Below are positions 5,747-14,275 of a stretch of DNA of 20,000 nt, one piece after another (within the stretch, counting starts at the first letter, position 1; each line of letters starts with the position of its first letter). The stretch is from an uncultured virus (IMG/VR IMGVR_UViG_3300026097_000002). Taxonomy: Duplodnaviria > Heunggongvirae > Uroviricota > Caudoviricetes > Crassvirales. The stretch is taken from the IMG/VR virus record IMGVR_UViG_3300026097_000002, one strand, 5' to 3'. The notes under the pieces were generated by a model. That model did no database searches. It saw nothing but the letters and a program-made list of their open reading frames with translations, and had not been told where the DNA came from. A program made the translations under genes and the position numbers.

Positions 5747-5754
5747 TATATTTG
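5747..5754 (+). promoter_or_regulatory. Bacteroidota-type -7 element for groEL
   Basis: TATATTTG 18 nt before ATG 5773. Confidence 0.6.
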
Positions 5755-5772
5755 CGCATCAAATTGAATCTA

Positions 5773-7335
5773 ATGATCGAAAAAGACATACACTATGACC
5801 GTGAGGCGCGAGAAAAACTGGCTTCAGGCATAAATAAGATCGCTGACGCTGTGAAAACAACCTTAGGCGCGGCGGGAAACACTGTAATCTTAGAAGACGA
5901 GCTAGGCAGGCCTCACATCACCAAGGACGGGGTAACTGTTGCTAGGTCTGTGAACCTATCTGACCCTGTTGAGCACCTAGGTGCCTCTATTATGCGTCAG
6001 GCTTCCATAAAGACGGCGGACGAGGCCGGTGACGGCACCACCACGTCGATGGTTATAGCCCAGTCTCTGGTTAAAAACGCCTTCGAGGCTATAGATTCGG
6101 AGCAGGGGATCAGTGTGAACCAGCTGAGAAGGGACCTAGAGGTGCTCTCTAAGGCTGTTATAGCGGACCTGGAGAAGGTGGCTATACCTGTGACGGACGA
6201 TATGCTGGACAACGTGGCTGCGATATCGGCTAACAACGACACGGAGCTAGGGAAGATCATCGCTAACGCCTACAAGGAGGTTGGTGTGGATGGTGCGGTG
6301 ACGATCGAGCAGTCGATGTCTATGGAGACCTACACGGAGATCGTTGAGGGTACACGTATCAAGAGGGGGTTCCACTCGCCCTATATGGTGACCGACAAGG
6401 AAAAGAACCAAGCTATACTGGAGCGTCCTCTGGTGATGGTATCGGACAAGACGGTGACCTCTATCGACGACATAGAGCCTATCCTGATGGTTGCGGTGCG
6501 CTCAAAGAGGCCACTGCTGATCGTAGCGGACGTAGACATCCCTGTGATGAACACGCTGAACGTGAACAAGGCCAAGGGGGTGATACAGGTGAACGTTGTG
6601 GCCCCGGAGGGGGTGGGTATGAACAGGTTCGAGCTTCTAGAAGACCTAGCGGTGATGACCAGCGCTGTTCTGATATCCGACGAGACGGGTAACGACTTCT
6701 CTGCGGTCGACGAGAGCTTCCTAGGTGAGGCCAAAAAGTCAGTAAGTACTGACAGAGAGACGGTTATAACGCTGGATGGCGAAAAAACCGCTAGCGCGGT
6801 TAAGGAAAGAGCGGATATGGTGAGGCAGCTTATCAAGAAGAACGAGGACAAGTACAACCTTTGGCACCACAAGGATAGGCTATCTAGACTGGCTGGAGGA
6901 GTTGCAGCGATATACGTAGGTGCGCTGACCGAGGTAGAGATGAAGGAGAAAAAAGACCGCGTAGAGGACGCCATACACGCCACAAGGGCTGCCCTATCTG
7001 AAGGAATAGTATCCGGCGGAGGGGTTGCGCTGTATAACATAGCTGACAGGGTAAGTAAGTCAGCAGCCGGTACAATCCTCTCAGAGGCTCTCAGAACTCC
7101 TGTAAGGCAGATTCTCACCAACGCTGGGGTAGACATACCATCGTTCGAACAAAAGGTCCTTAGATCGCGTAAAAAAGGCTACGGGTTAGATGTGAAGAGG
7201 ATGAAGTACGGGAACATGATCGATATGGGGATCATCGACCCGCTTAAGGTGACTAAAAACGCGGTGCTGAACTCAGTTTCGGTGGCGGTGACTATACTAA
7301 CTACGAACTGTGTCGTATCAAACAAGAGAGCATGA
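5773..7335 (+). CDS. groEL: phage chaperonin GroEL (Cpn60)
   Basis: AVKTTLG, ITKDGVTVAR, AGDGTTT, LAGGVA, EMKEKKDRVEDA, EGIVSGGG, GIIDPLKVT. ATG 5773 preferred over TTG 5752, which lies inside the promoter box. Confidence 0.97.
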   Translation: MIEKDIHYDREAREKLASGINKIADAVKTTLGAAGNTVILEDELGRPHITKDGVTVARSVNLSDPVEHLGASIMRQASIKTADEAGDGTTTSMVIAQSLVKNAFEAIDSEQGISVNQLRRDLEVLSKAVIADLEKVAIPVTDDMLDNVAAISANNDTELGKIIANAYKEVGVDGAVTIEQSMSMETYTEIVEGTRIKRGFHSPYMVTDKEKNQAILERPLVMVSDKTVTSIDDIEPILMVAVRSKRPLLIVADVDIPVMNTLNVNKAKGVIQVNVVAPEGVGMNRFELLEDLAVMTSAVLISDETGNDFSAVDESFLGEAKKSVSTDRETVITLDGEKTASAVKERADMVRQLIKKNEDKYNLWHHKDRLSRLAGGVAAIYVGALTEVEMKEKKDRVEDAIHATRAALSEGIVSGGGVALYNIADRVSKSAAGTILSEALRTPVRQILTNAGVDIPSFEQKVLRSRKKGYGLDVKRMKYGNMIDMGIIDPLKVTKNAVLNSVSVAVTILTTNCVVSNKRA

Positions 7336-7589
7336 AAGCAATAGGATCATATGTGGTGGTAGAGCCGCAGAAGGAAGAAGTAAAGACCAAGGGAGGGCTG
7401 ATACTGACCGAGGCGAACGAGATGAACCTCAGGTACAGGCTAGCTACCGTTGTGTCGGCTGGTGATGAGGTGAAGGACCTGTCTGACGGTGACGGTATCT
7501 ACTACGACAGCGCCGCTGGCTCTGAAATACGCATCGAGGGCAAGAAGTACGTGGTGGTCCACGAGCGGCAGGTAGTTGTGAAGATTTAG
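7332..7589 (+). CDS. groES: co-chaperonin GroES (Cpn10)
   Basis: EEVKTKGGLIL mobile loop, VVSAGD, IEGKKYVVV; ATGA-coupled to groEL. Confidence 0.92.
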   Translation: MKAIGSYVVVEPQKEEVKTKGGLILTEANEMNLRYRLATVVSAGDEVKDLSDGDGIYYDSAAGSEIRIEGKKYVVVHERQVVVKI

Positions 7590-7604
7590 TATCTTTGTGG
7601 TCCT

Positions 7605-7736
7605 ATGAAGGACAAGTGTTACTACAAGGTCAAATCAAGGTACAGGGTGTTCCCGTCTGCTTACGCAAGCGGTGCGATCGCTAAGTGCCGTAAGGTAGGT
7701 GCTAAAAATTGGGGTAGTGGCAGTAAGAAAAAGTGA
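7605..7736 (+). CDS. 43-aa basic conserved viral protein (PSAYASG motif; not in ORF track)
   Basis: MKDKCYYKVKSRYRVFPSAYASGAIAKCRKVGAKNWGSGSKKK, after TATCTTTG at 7590. Confidence 0.75.
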   Translation: MKDKCYYKVKSRYRVFPSAYASGAIAKCRKVGAKNWGSGSKKK

Positions 7737-7986
7737 AAAAGGACTAGCGCTGAAGCGTTGGTTCAAGGAGGAGTGGACCGACGTACGTACAGGTAAGCCT
7801 TGCGGCAGATCTGAGGGCGAGAAGAGGGGTACACCTTACTGCAGGCCGAAGAAACGAGTGTCATCAAAGACACCTAAGACCGTATCTGAGCTTACGCCAT
7901 CTGAGAAAAGAAGCAGGGTAGCTGAGAAAAAAAGATTAGGGCAGCCTAAGGGCAAGCCTAGAAGAGTAAAACCACTAAATAGATAA
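7717..7986 (+). CDS. basic conserved viral protein (DUF5872-like)
   Basis: LKRWFKEEW.D...CGR...YCRP..RVS.KTPKT; GTG 7717 preferred as start. Confidence 0.7.
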   Translation: MAVRKSEKGLALKRWFKEEWTDVRTGKPCGRSEGEKRGTPYCRPKKRVSSKTPKTVSELTPSEKRSRVAEKKRLGQPKGKPRRVKPLNR

Positions 7987-7990
7987 ACAT

Positions 7991-8272
7991 ATGTTACTAA
8001 TTGTTATTGCCTTGGTACCTGTGCTTGCTGGACTAGTATTTCTAGCTATCAAGGCTAAGAACTCTGGGTTCCTAGATGACGCTAACGGGAACTACGTACC
8101 TGATGTCGTAGAGGACAAGGCTAAGAAAATTAAAGACGAGATTACCTCAAGAGCTAAGGAGGTATCTAAAGAAGTTGCAGACGTAGGCGCTGCGGTTAAG
8201 GAGGTAGGTAAGCAAGCCTCACACATCCCAGGTGCTGTTTCTGGTAAGCGCAGATCTGGTAGACAGAAGTAA
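7991..8272 (+). CDS. membrane-anchored hypothetical protein
   Basis: N-terminal hydrophobic helix, DDANGNYVPD motif, helical tail. Confidence 0.75.
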   Translation: MLLIVIALVPVLAGLVFLAIKAKNSGFLDDANGNYVPDVVEDKAKKIKDEITSRAKEVSKEVADVGAAVKEVGKQASHIPGAVSGKRRSGRQK

Positions 8273-8300
8273 GTCTTTACAAGATACATCTTGCAATAAC

Positions 8301-8795
8301 CTAAGAATCACCCTCCTCCTCGGAGGGTTTTTTATTCATCTTCTTTATGAGTCTCCTGTAGATCTTATCCATGTAGTTGTCTGACTTAAACACCTCGTTA
8401 CGGTACTTATCCTCAGATATAGGCTCCTCCTGAGTTAGTTTCTTGTAGGTCTGGTTACAGATAAGCTTCGCGTGCTGCGTGAGCTCGTACAGGTTAGCGT
8501 ACCCTTCCTTTCTACGGTCGCGCCACTTCCTGATAAACCCTCTATCCATAAGGTCCTCGAAGCGTCCACGCTTCCACGATATACACTCCTCGAAGTTCTT
8601 GAAGTCTGTCTTAGTGAACACGTTCTCGTCGTAGAGGTAGAGCAGCAGCTCGAGCTCAGGGTAGCTTATCTTGTACTGCTTTGTGATGTAGTACCTCACC
8701 ACCCTCCAGTACTTTAAGAAGTTGTGCTCCTTCGGGCGGGGCTGATACTTAGGTGTCTTGCCTCGCTTCTTGTCTACGTAGTATCTTCTGTACAT
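8301..8795 (-). CDS. probable winged-helix DNA-binding protein
   Basis: ISYPELELLLYLY...FEDLMDRGFI...LYELT pattern; ATG 8795 follows TATATTTG at 8802-8809. Confidence 0.6.
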   Translation of the reverse strand: MYRRYYVDKKRGKTPKYQPRPKEHNFLKYWRVVRYYITKQYKISYPELELLLYLYDENVFTKTDFKNFEECISWKRGRFEDLMDRGFIRKWRDRRKEGYANLYELTQHAKLICNQTYKKLTQEEPISEDKYRNEVFKSDNYMDKIYRRLIKKMNKKPSEEEGDS

Positions 8796-8801
8796 GAAGA
8801 A

Positions 8802-8825
8802 CAAATATAAAAATTATTACCTTTG
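8802..8825. promoter_or_regulatory. back-to-back divergent -7 promoter elements
   Basis: TATATTTG on minus (8802-8809) and TACCTTTG on plus (8818-8825). Confidence 0.6.
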
Positions 8826-8843
8826 CATCAAAGAAAAAATACA

Positions 8844-8981
8844 ATGATTACAGGTATAAAAAGAGAGATGATGCGCATCAAGGACCGTAAGAAGCAGGAG
8901 AAGCTTGCTGAGGAACTCAACGAGATGATCGTCAAGGAATCATTTAAACAGCAGATGGATTATACCTCTAAAAAAGGGTAG
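8844..8981 (+). CDS. 45-aa hypothetical protein (not in ORF track)
   Basis: [45 protein letters not shown], after an A-rich leader. Confidence 0.65.
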   Translation: MITGIKREMMRIKDRKKQEKLAEELNEMIVKESFKQQMDYTSKKG

Positions 8982-9081
8982 GTCAAAGAAGGTTGTATCA
9001 CAGAACATACGGAAGCTTATGGGGGAGGGATACCCTCAGAAACAAGCCGTAGCTATAGCATTAAGTAAAAGTGGCAAATAA
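8962..9081 (+). CDS. small basic phage protein of the MPLKKG...[10 protein letters not shown] type, lacking a canonical start
   Basis: (ATA)[38 protein letters not shown]; no in-frame ATG/GTG/TTG back to the stop at 8926. Confidence 0.55.
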   Translation: MPLKKGRSKKVVSQNIRKLMGEGYPQKQAVAIALSKSGK

Positions 9082-9337
9082 AGCGAACATGAAGTGCAAC
9101 AGACCTATGAAGTCTGACCGCGCTGGAAAGAAGAAGATGGTTAAGGCCTGCGCTAACGGCAAGGAGAAGCTGGTTCACTTTGGCGCCACTGGTTACGGGC
9201 ACAACTACTCTAAGGAGGCACGTAAGTCTTTCAAGGCAAGGCACAAGTGTAGCACCGCTAAAGATAAACTAACAGCTCGCTACTGGGCCTGTAAACATTT
9301 ATGGGCTGGTAAGGGAGGATCAACTAAGCAGCCGTGA
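9071..9337 (+). CDS. basic conserved viral protein (VHFG...[10 protein letters not shown]...ARYWAC)
   Basis: ORF with a motif recurrent in aquatic viruses; function unknown. Confidence 0.75.
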   Translation: MANKANMKCNRPMKSDRAGKKKMVKACANGKEKLVHFGATGYGHNYSKEARKSFKARHKCSTAKDKLTARYWACKHLWAGKGGSTKQP

Positions 9338-9579
9338 AAGGAAGAACGCAGAGATACTACGACGCTAACCCTGAGGCTAAGGCTAAGAAGGCTAAGTACG
9401 ACGCTAAGTTTCAGAAAAAGCGTGAGCAGGTTAAAAAGCGCGTAGAGGCGAACAGGTTTAATAGAAACAATCCTAACTCTGTGATAGGGGATAGGCTGGA
9501 CGCTTCTCATAGAAACGGACGTATTGTTTTAGAAAGTCAGTATACTAATAGAGCCAGAGGAGGCAGAAACAGGAGATAA
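9334..9579 (+). CDS. small basic protein, degenerate HNH-like
   Basis: GDRLDASH...NRAR at the C-terminus. Confidence 0.5.
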   Translation: MKGRTQRYYDANPEAKAKKAKYDAKFQKKREQVKKRVEANRFNRNNPNSVIGDRLDASHRNGRIVLESQYTNRARGGRNRR

Positions 9580-9580
9580 G

Positions 9581-9883
9581 ATGGGGGATTACATTCAGGT
9601 CGTAGTAACTCTTATTGGTGTCTTGGGAAGTGCGTCTATCTGGAAGTACATGGAGGCAAGATTCCGTGCTAGAAATGAAAACCGAAAAACCGAAAACGAC
9701 ACCGTGCAGTTTAGAGACGACCTGAAACACCGAGTACGAAACCTTGAAGCGTTACTATCCGAATCCGGAAGCGAGAAGGATGAACTAAGAGAGCAGGTAC
9801 TTGCGCTTACCGCAGAGGTACACGCCCTTAGAGTAGAGGTGGACTACCTTAAGAAAGAGAACGAACGACTAAAGATGAAGTAG
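9581..9883 (+). CDS. TM + coiled-coil protein (possibly lysis-associated)
   Basis: N-terminal TM helix, long heptad region. Confidence 0.7.
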   Translation: MGDYIQVVVTLIGVLGSASIWKYMEARFRARNENRKTENDTVQFRDDLKHRVRNLEALLSESGSEKDELREQVLALTAEVHALRVEVDYLKKENERLKMK

Positions 9884-9884
9884 T

Positions 9885-10094
9885 ATGGAAAAAAACTTTA
9901 GACAGGGATGGAAGACCACGCTTATAGGTCTTATCCTGCTACTTGTAGATATATACTACCTGATAGAAAAAAACGGCAGCGCGATGATATTCTTTGGGCT
10001 ACTTGTTGTATCTTTCGGGCTGTTCTTCGCTCCTGATGACCTAATCAAGGGCGTCAAGAACCTAATCAAAAAGAACCAGGATAAACAGTTTTGA
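9885..10094 (+). CDS. putative holin
   Basis: 69 aa, two TM helices (WKTTLIG...), basic C-terminus, directly before the endolysin. Confidence 0.6.
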   Translation: MEKNFRQGWKTTLIGLILLLVDIYYLIEKNGSAMIFFGLLVVSFGLFFAPDDLIKGVKNLIKKNQDKQF

Positions 10095-10549
10095 GGATAT
10101 CAAAGCACATCTCCTACAAGGAGGCTACCCAGAGTCAGACGGCTACTAGGCTAGGGATACCTAACGTTCCTAGTCAGTACGATGTTCAGAATATGCAGCT
10201 GCTTGCTGAGAAGGTGTTCGAGCCGCTAAGGGAGTTCTTTGACGTGCCTATATACGTGAGCTCGTTCTACCGATCCAGGGAGATGAACAAGGCTATCGGG
10301 GGGAGTTCACGGTCTCAGCACTGCGAGGGCAGAGCGATTGACCTAGACGACGTGTACGGTGGGGTAACTAACGCAGAGATGTTTCAGTTCATCGCGAACA
10401 TACTAGACTACGATCAACTCATATGGGAATTCGGGAACGACGAGAACCCAGCGTGGGTACACGTGTCTTATGTGAGCGAGGACCAGAACAGGAAACAGAT
10501 GCTAAGGGCCACTAAGAAAAACGGTAAGACAATATATGAACCACTATGA
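10091..10549 (+). CDS. endolysin, peptidase M15 family Zn peptidase
   Basis: SSFYRS..NKAIGG...SQHCEGRAID...WVHVSY. Confidence 0.88.
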   Translation: MRISKHISYKEATQSQTATRLGIPNVPSQYDVQNMQLLAEKVFEPLREFFDVPIYVSSFYRSREMNKAIGGSSRSQHCEGRAIDLDDVYGGVTNAEMFQFIANILDYDQLIWEFGNDENPAWVHVSYVSEDQNRKQMLRATKKNGKTIYEPL

Positions 10550-10950
10550 GGTACGCTTTAGTGATGCTCCTCTTGCTAAGCTCCTGCTCGGTAAAGAAAA
10601 AGGTACTGTCACAGAAGACAGACACCACTGTTACTGTCAAGCGGAGAGATACTGTTGTTGTGAACTCGCAACTTGATGAGGTAGAGGTAGAGGTTCAGGA
10701 CACCGACCAGCCGGTTACCGTAAAGTTCGTCAGTGAGAACAGGCCGCCTGTTACAAGAACCTTCACCAACGTTAAGTCTGTTAAGATCAGCAACAAGCTT
10801 TCTAGGGAGGTTTCGCTTATCGATCAGGACATCAAGACTGAGGAGCGGAGGGTCGAGAAGAGCAGGGATGTCGATAAAAATAACTACCTTTGGGCTGTAT
10901 TAATCGTAGCGGTAATATGGCTAAGCAGCATGTTCAGATTCAGAAGATAG
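10546..10950 (+). CDS. putative unimolecular spanin
   Basis: Lipobox LLLSSC, beta-rich middle, C-terminal TM helix; follows the endolysin. Confidence 0.65.
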   Translation: MRYALVMLLLLSSCSVKKKVLSQKTDTTVTVKRRDTVVVNSQLDEVEVEVQDTDQPVTVKFVSENRPPVTRTFTNVKSVKISNKLSREVSLIDQDIKTEERRVEKSRDVDKNNYLWAVLIVAVIWLSSMFRFRR

Positions 10951-11051
10951 TTCGGAATATAAGCCGACCAGGCGTCCACGCAAAGACTAAAACGTCTTCC
11001 AATAAAGCAAGCAAGAACTACAAGAAACCTTATAAAGGTCAGGGACGTTAA
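10917..11051 (+). CDS. 44-aa basic microprotein ending YKGQGR (not in ORF track)
   Basis: MAKQHVQIQKIVRNISRPGVHAKTKTSSNKASKNYKKPYKGQGR; TAATG overlap with the next gene. Confidence 0.7.
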   Translation: MAKQHVQIQKIVRNISRPGVHAKTKTSSNKASKNYKKPYKGQGR

Positions 11052-11752
11052 TGGCAAGAATCAGTACATACGATAAGGACCAGAAAGTCAATCCTGAAGA
11101 TAAGTGGATAGGGTCAGACGCTAACAACGGCTTCGCTACGAAGAACTTCACCGCTAGAGACGTTGCGTTCTACTTAAACCAGTTCAATGAGGTAGGTGTA
11201 GGTAGCCAGATAAACTTTGAGTTCGCTATAGACCTAACGGAAGGTGTGTTACCGGGTACCATTGCGGTGGGGACGGGTAACGTAAACAACCTAGCTATAT
11301 CTACGGTTACACAGCTAAGGATCAATAAGTTTACCGTAGACGGTAAGCTGATACTAGAATACATTCAGTACCTCGTTAACGAGGAGATCATACTATTCAA
11401 CACCTCAGACAGGAACAACTTCGGTCACTTTAAGTTTGTATCTTTGCAGGAGGAGTCTGAGAACGTATACATCGCCACCCTAGAGCTTATAGCCGCTAAC
11501 GGCGTTCTTGTGGACGGTAGGGTATATGGTTTTGGACTATTCCTAAAGGGTTCTAAGGATAAGCACTACAGACATATTCAGGGGGCATCTAGTAATGTGT
11601 GGACGATAAACCACGGGCTACAAAAGTTTCCAGCTGTGGTTGTTAAGGACTCTGCAGGCACGATAGTTATAGGAGAAATAAATTACGTAGATACAAACAA
11701 TATAATACTAACATTCTCTGGATCATTTTCCGGTGAAGCATATTTAAACTAA
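11051..11752 (+). CDS. putative virion structural protein
   Basis: Beta-rich; C-terminal WTINHGL..FP.V domain common in tail proteins. Confidence 0.65.
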   Translation: MARISTYDKDQKVNPEDKWIGSDANNGFATKNFTARDVAFYLNQFNEVGVGSQINFEFAIDLTEGVLPGTIAVGTGNVNNLAISTVTQLRINKFTVDGKLILEYIQYLVNEEIILFNTSDRNNFGHFKFVSLQEESENVYIATLELIAANGVLVDGRVYGFGLFLKGSKDKHYRHIQGASSNVWTINHGLQKFPAVVVKDSAGTIVIGEINYVDTNNIILTFSGSFSGEAYLN

Positions 11753-11753
11753 G

Positions 11754-12785
11754 ATGGCACAAAGATTTCTTACCAGCATTAACCTAAGTAGCAACGAGCT
11801 TCAGAACGCCCTGCTACACCCACTAGCTACAGCCCCAGCAGTAGGACTCGCTGGTAAGGTGTACTATAACACTACGGAAGACGTTCTGTACGTATCTGAC
11901 GGTACGGTATGGAGAAGCATTTCGGGTGACATAACCTCTATCATTGCGGGTACAGGTATCACTGTATCTGGAACAACTGGAGATGTTACCGTAAATCTAG
12001 CGGACACAGCTGTCACACCCGGTTCATACGGATCAGCTACGCAGATTCCAACCTTCACGGTAGACCAGCAAGGTAGACTAACCGCTGCGGGTACAGCTTC
12101 GATCTCTACAGACCTAGATATCGCTGGTGACACAGGTACAGATACGATATCACTTGCTAGTGAGACGCTAACCTTCACAGGTGGAGACGGTATCACTAGC
12201 GCGGTTACTACAGGTGTAGTTACACTTGATGTAGATAGCACGGTGGTCAGAACATCTGGCGATCAGACTATCGCTGGTAACAAAACCTTCAGTAACAACG
12301 TGATCATAAACGGTGACCTAACGGTCTCCGGTAATATGGTTACCAAGCTCTCTGAGAACGTACTGATAGAGGATAATATTATCGTCCTTAACAGCAACGA
12401 GACAGGAGCTCCTACAGAGGATGCGGGTCTACAGGTCAACAGAGGAACGGATCCTAGTATCAGCTTGATCTGGAACGAGACGACAGATAAGTGGCAGATC
12501 GAGACCGCTACAACGGTTTACCAGAACATCGCTACTGAAGATTACGTAGGAACGCAGATCGGCAACAACTCGTTCGCTGCATCTATTGGTGACGGAACAA
12601 ACACATCTTACACGGTAACGCATAACTTCAATAGCAAGGACGTGATCGTACAGCTGTACGACAACAGCACCTTCGATACGGTGTATGCGGATGTGGTTAG
12701 AGATACAGTTAACACGGTGGAAGTTACATTTACAGTTGCACCAACAGCTAACGATATAAGAGTACTCATCACTAAAGTAGCATAG
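11754..12785 (+). CDS. tail fibre/baseplate-type protein
   Basis: Thr/Gly-rich; GSYGS....PTFTVD.QGRLT, GDQTIAGNKTF, IEDNII.LN fibre motifs. Confidence 0.75.
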   Translation: MAQRFLTSINLSSNELQNALLHPLATAPAVGLAGKVYYNTTEDVLYVSDGTVWRSISGDITSIIAGTGITVSGTTGDVTVNLADTAVTPGSYGSATQIPTFTVDQQGRLTAAGTASISTDLDIAGDTGTDTISLASETLTFTGGDGITSAVTTGVVTLDVDSTVVRTSGDQTIAGNKTFSNNVIINGDLTVSGNMVTKLSENVLIEDNIIVLNSNETGAPTEDAGLQVNRGTDPSISLIWNETTDKWQIETATTVYQNIATEDYVGTQIGNNSFAASIGDGTNTSYTVTHNFNSKDVIVQLYDNSTFDTVYADVVRDTVNTVEVTFTVAPTANDIRVLITKVA

Positions 12786-12786
12786 T

Positions 12787-14274
12787 ATGGCCAATCGGTT
12801 TCTTAGTAATATAAGAATAAACGATGCGTATACATTTCCATCCACGGATGGATTGTCTGGTCAGGCCATTATAACCGATGGCGCTGGTAACTTATCTTTT
12901 GGAAGTGTATCAGGTGGAGATGGACAAACCTCTTCTGTTGTTTACAGAGAAAATTTCACAGGAGATGGTACGACAACTGACTTTCAGTTAACAAGGAACA
13001 TCACTGATGAAAACATAACGCAGATTTATTTAGACGGTATCTACCAAGAAAAAGATGCCTACGAAATAATTGACTTTGATACAATACGCTTCAGTGCTGC
13101 GCCACCTAGCGGTCACAGTATTGAAGTTTTGTATTTTTATGCCATAGACGCCATACCACAGCCTTCAACGTCTGTTATCTACAGGGATAACTTTACAGGT
13201 GACGGTTCGACTACAGATTTCACACTTGCTAATAGTATAAGTAACGAAGACTATACGCAAATCTATATCGACGGTGCGTATCAAGAAAAAGATACATATA
13301 CTGTAACAGGGACGACGCTTTCGTTTACTACAGCGCCAGTTTCAGGACACTCGGTTGAGGTTATTAGTATTGCAGGGCTTACAACACCTTACAGTCCAAC
13401 AACAATTTATCAAGATAACTTTACAGGAGACGGAACATCTACTGCGTTCACACTTACAAATGCTGTAGACGATGAAGTAAAAACAATGGTGTACTTCAAT
13501 GGGGTATACCAGTTTAAAGGAACATACGTAATAGACGGTGTAACAATTACTTTTGATACGGCACCGGCCTCTGGGGTTGAAATTGAAGTTATCACGATAG
13601 CATCGGCACAAGGATATGACTACGATTCGCGCAAGCTTGTATTCTACGGTAAGGCATCTGGTGCTATAAGTAAAGGTGATGCTGTAATGTTTGCGGGAGC
13701 TCAGGGCGATCATTTCTTATTTGCTAAAGCAACACAAGCGGCCATTGCGGCAAACCACGAATTATTTATCGGGCTAGCTAATCAAGATTTTGATAACAAT
13801 GAATTTGGGTATGTTGTAGAGTTCGGTAACGTTACAGGGCTCACTACAAATATGTACGATGCAGGTGATACACTTTGGTTTGACTCTGAAGGGGCTACAG
13901 CCGGTGCACTTACAGATACAGAACCTGCTCCACCTAACGCTAAGATACAGGTAGCAGCGGTTATACGGTCACATCCAGCAGAGGGTGTTTTATTTGTGCG
14001 CCCTACGTGGTACCATGAACTAAATGAATTACACGATGTAAATATTACATCCCCGACTGATAATGATGTATTGAACTACGATGCCGCAACTGGAACGTGG
14101 AAAAATACAGATGCACCAAACGTAAGGGTGATGGAGGCAATTATATTCCAGACACCTAAATCATTTACAGAAACGCATACGGTACCCGAAGACTACAATG
14201 CCTTACTTATAGGACCAACAACACTAGAAGGACAGATAACAGTATCTACAAACGCAGATCTAACAATAATATAA
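12787..14274 (+). CDS. virion structural protein with three tandem ~75-aa repeats
   Basis: 3x NFTGDG...F.L...Y.(D/N)G.YQ....Y.....F..AP.SG..E. Confidence 0.75.
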   Translation: MANRFLSNIRINDAYTFPSTDGLSGQAIITDGAGNLSFGSVSGGDGQTSSVVYRENFTGDGTTTDFQLTRNITDENITQIYLDGIYQEKDAYEIIDFDTIRFSAAPPSGHSIEVLYFYAIDAIPQPSTSVIYRDNFTGDGSTTDFTLANSISNEDYTQIYIDGAYQEKDTYTVTGTTLSFTTAPVSGHSVEVISIAGLTTPYSPTTIYQDNFTGDGTSTAFTLTNAVDDEVKTMVYFNGVYQFKGTYVIDGVTITFDTAPASGVEIEVITIASAQGYDYDSRKLVFYGKASGAISKGDAVMFAGAQGDHFLFAKATQAAIAANHELFIGLANQDFDNNEFGYVVEFGNVTGLTTNMYDAGDTLWFDSEGATAGALTDTEPAPPNAKIQVAAVIRSHPAEGVLFVRPTWYHELNELHDVNITSPTDNDVLNYDAATGTWKNTDAPNVRVMEAIIFQTPKSFTETHTVPEDYNALLIGPTTLEGQITVSTNADLTII

Positions 14275-14275
14275 G

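Noticed and set aside
5997..7136. Antisense ORFs inside groEL (up to 251 aa)
   Set aside because: Mirror frames produced by codon bias of the sense gene; the same applies to antisense ORFs in the fibre genes
8280..8293. Intrinsic terminator between convergent genes (CAAGAT-AC-ATCTTG)
   Set aside because: Weak short stem with no clear U-tract; not enough support
1..12790. TAG stop-codon reassignment suggested by TAG-rich sequence
   Set aside because: Genes tile cleanly in the standard code and several end properly at TAG (e.g. groES)
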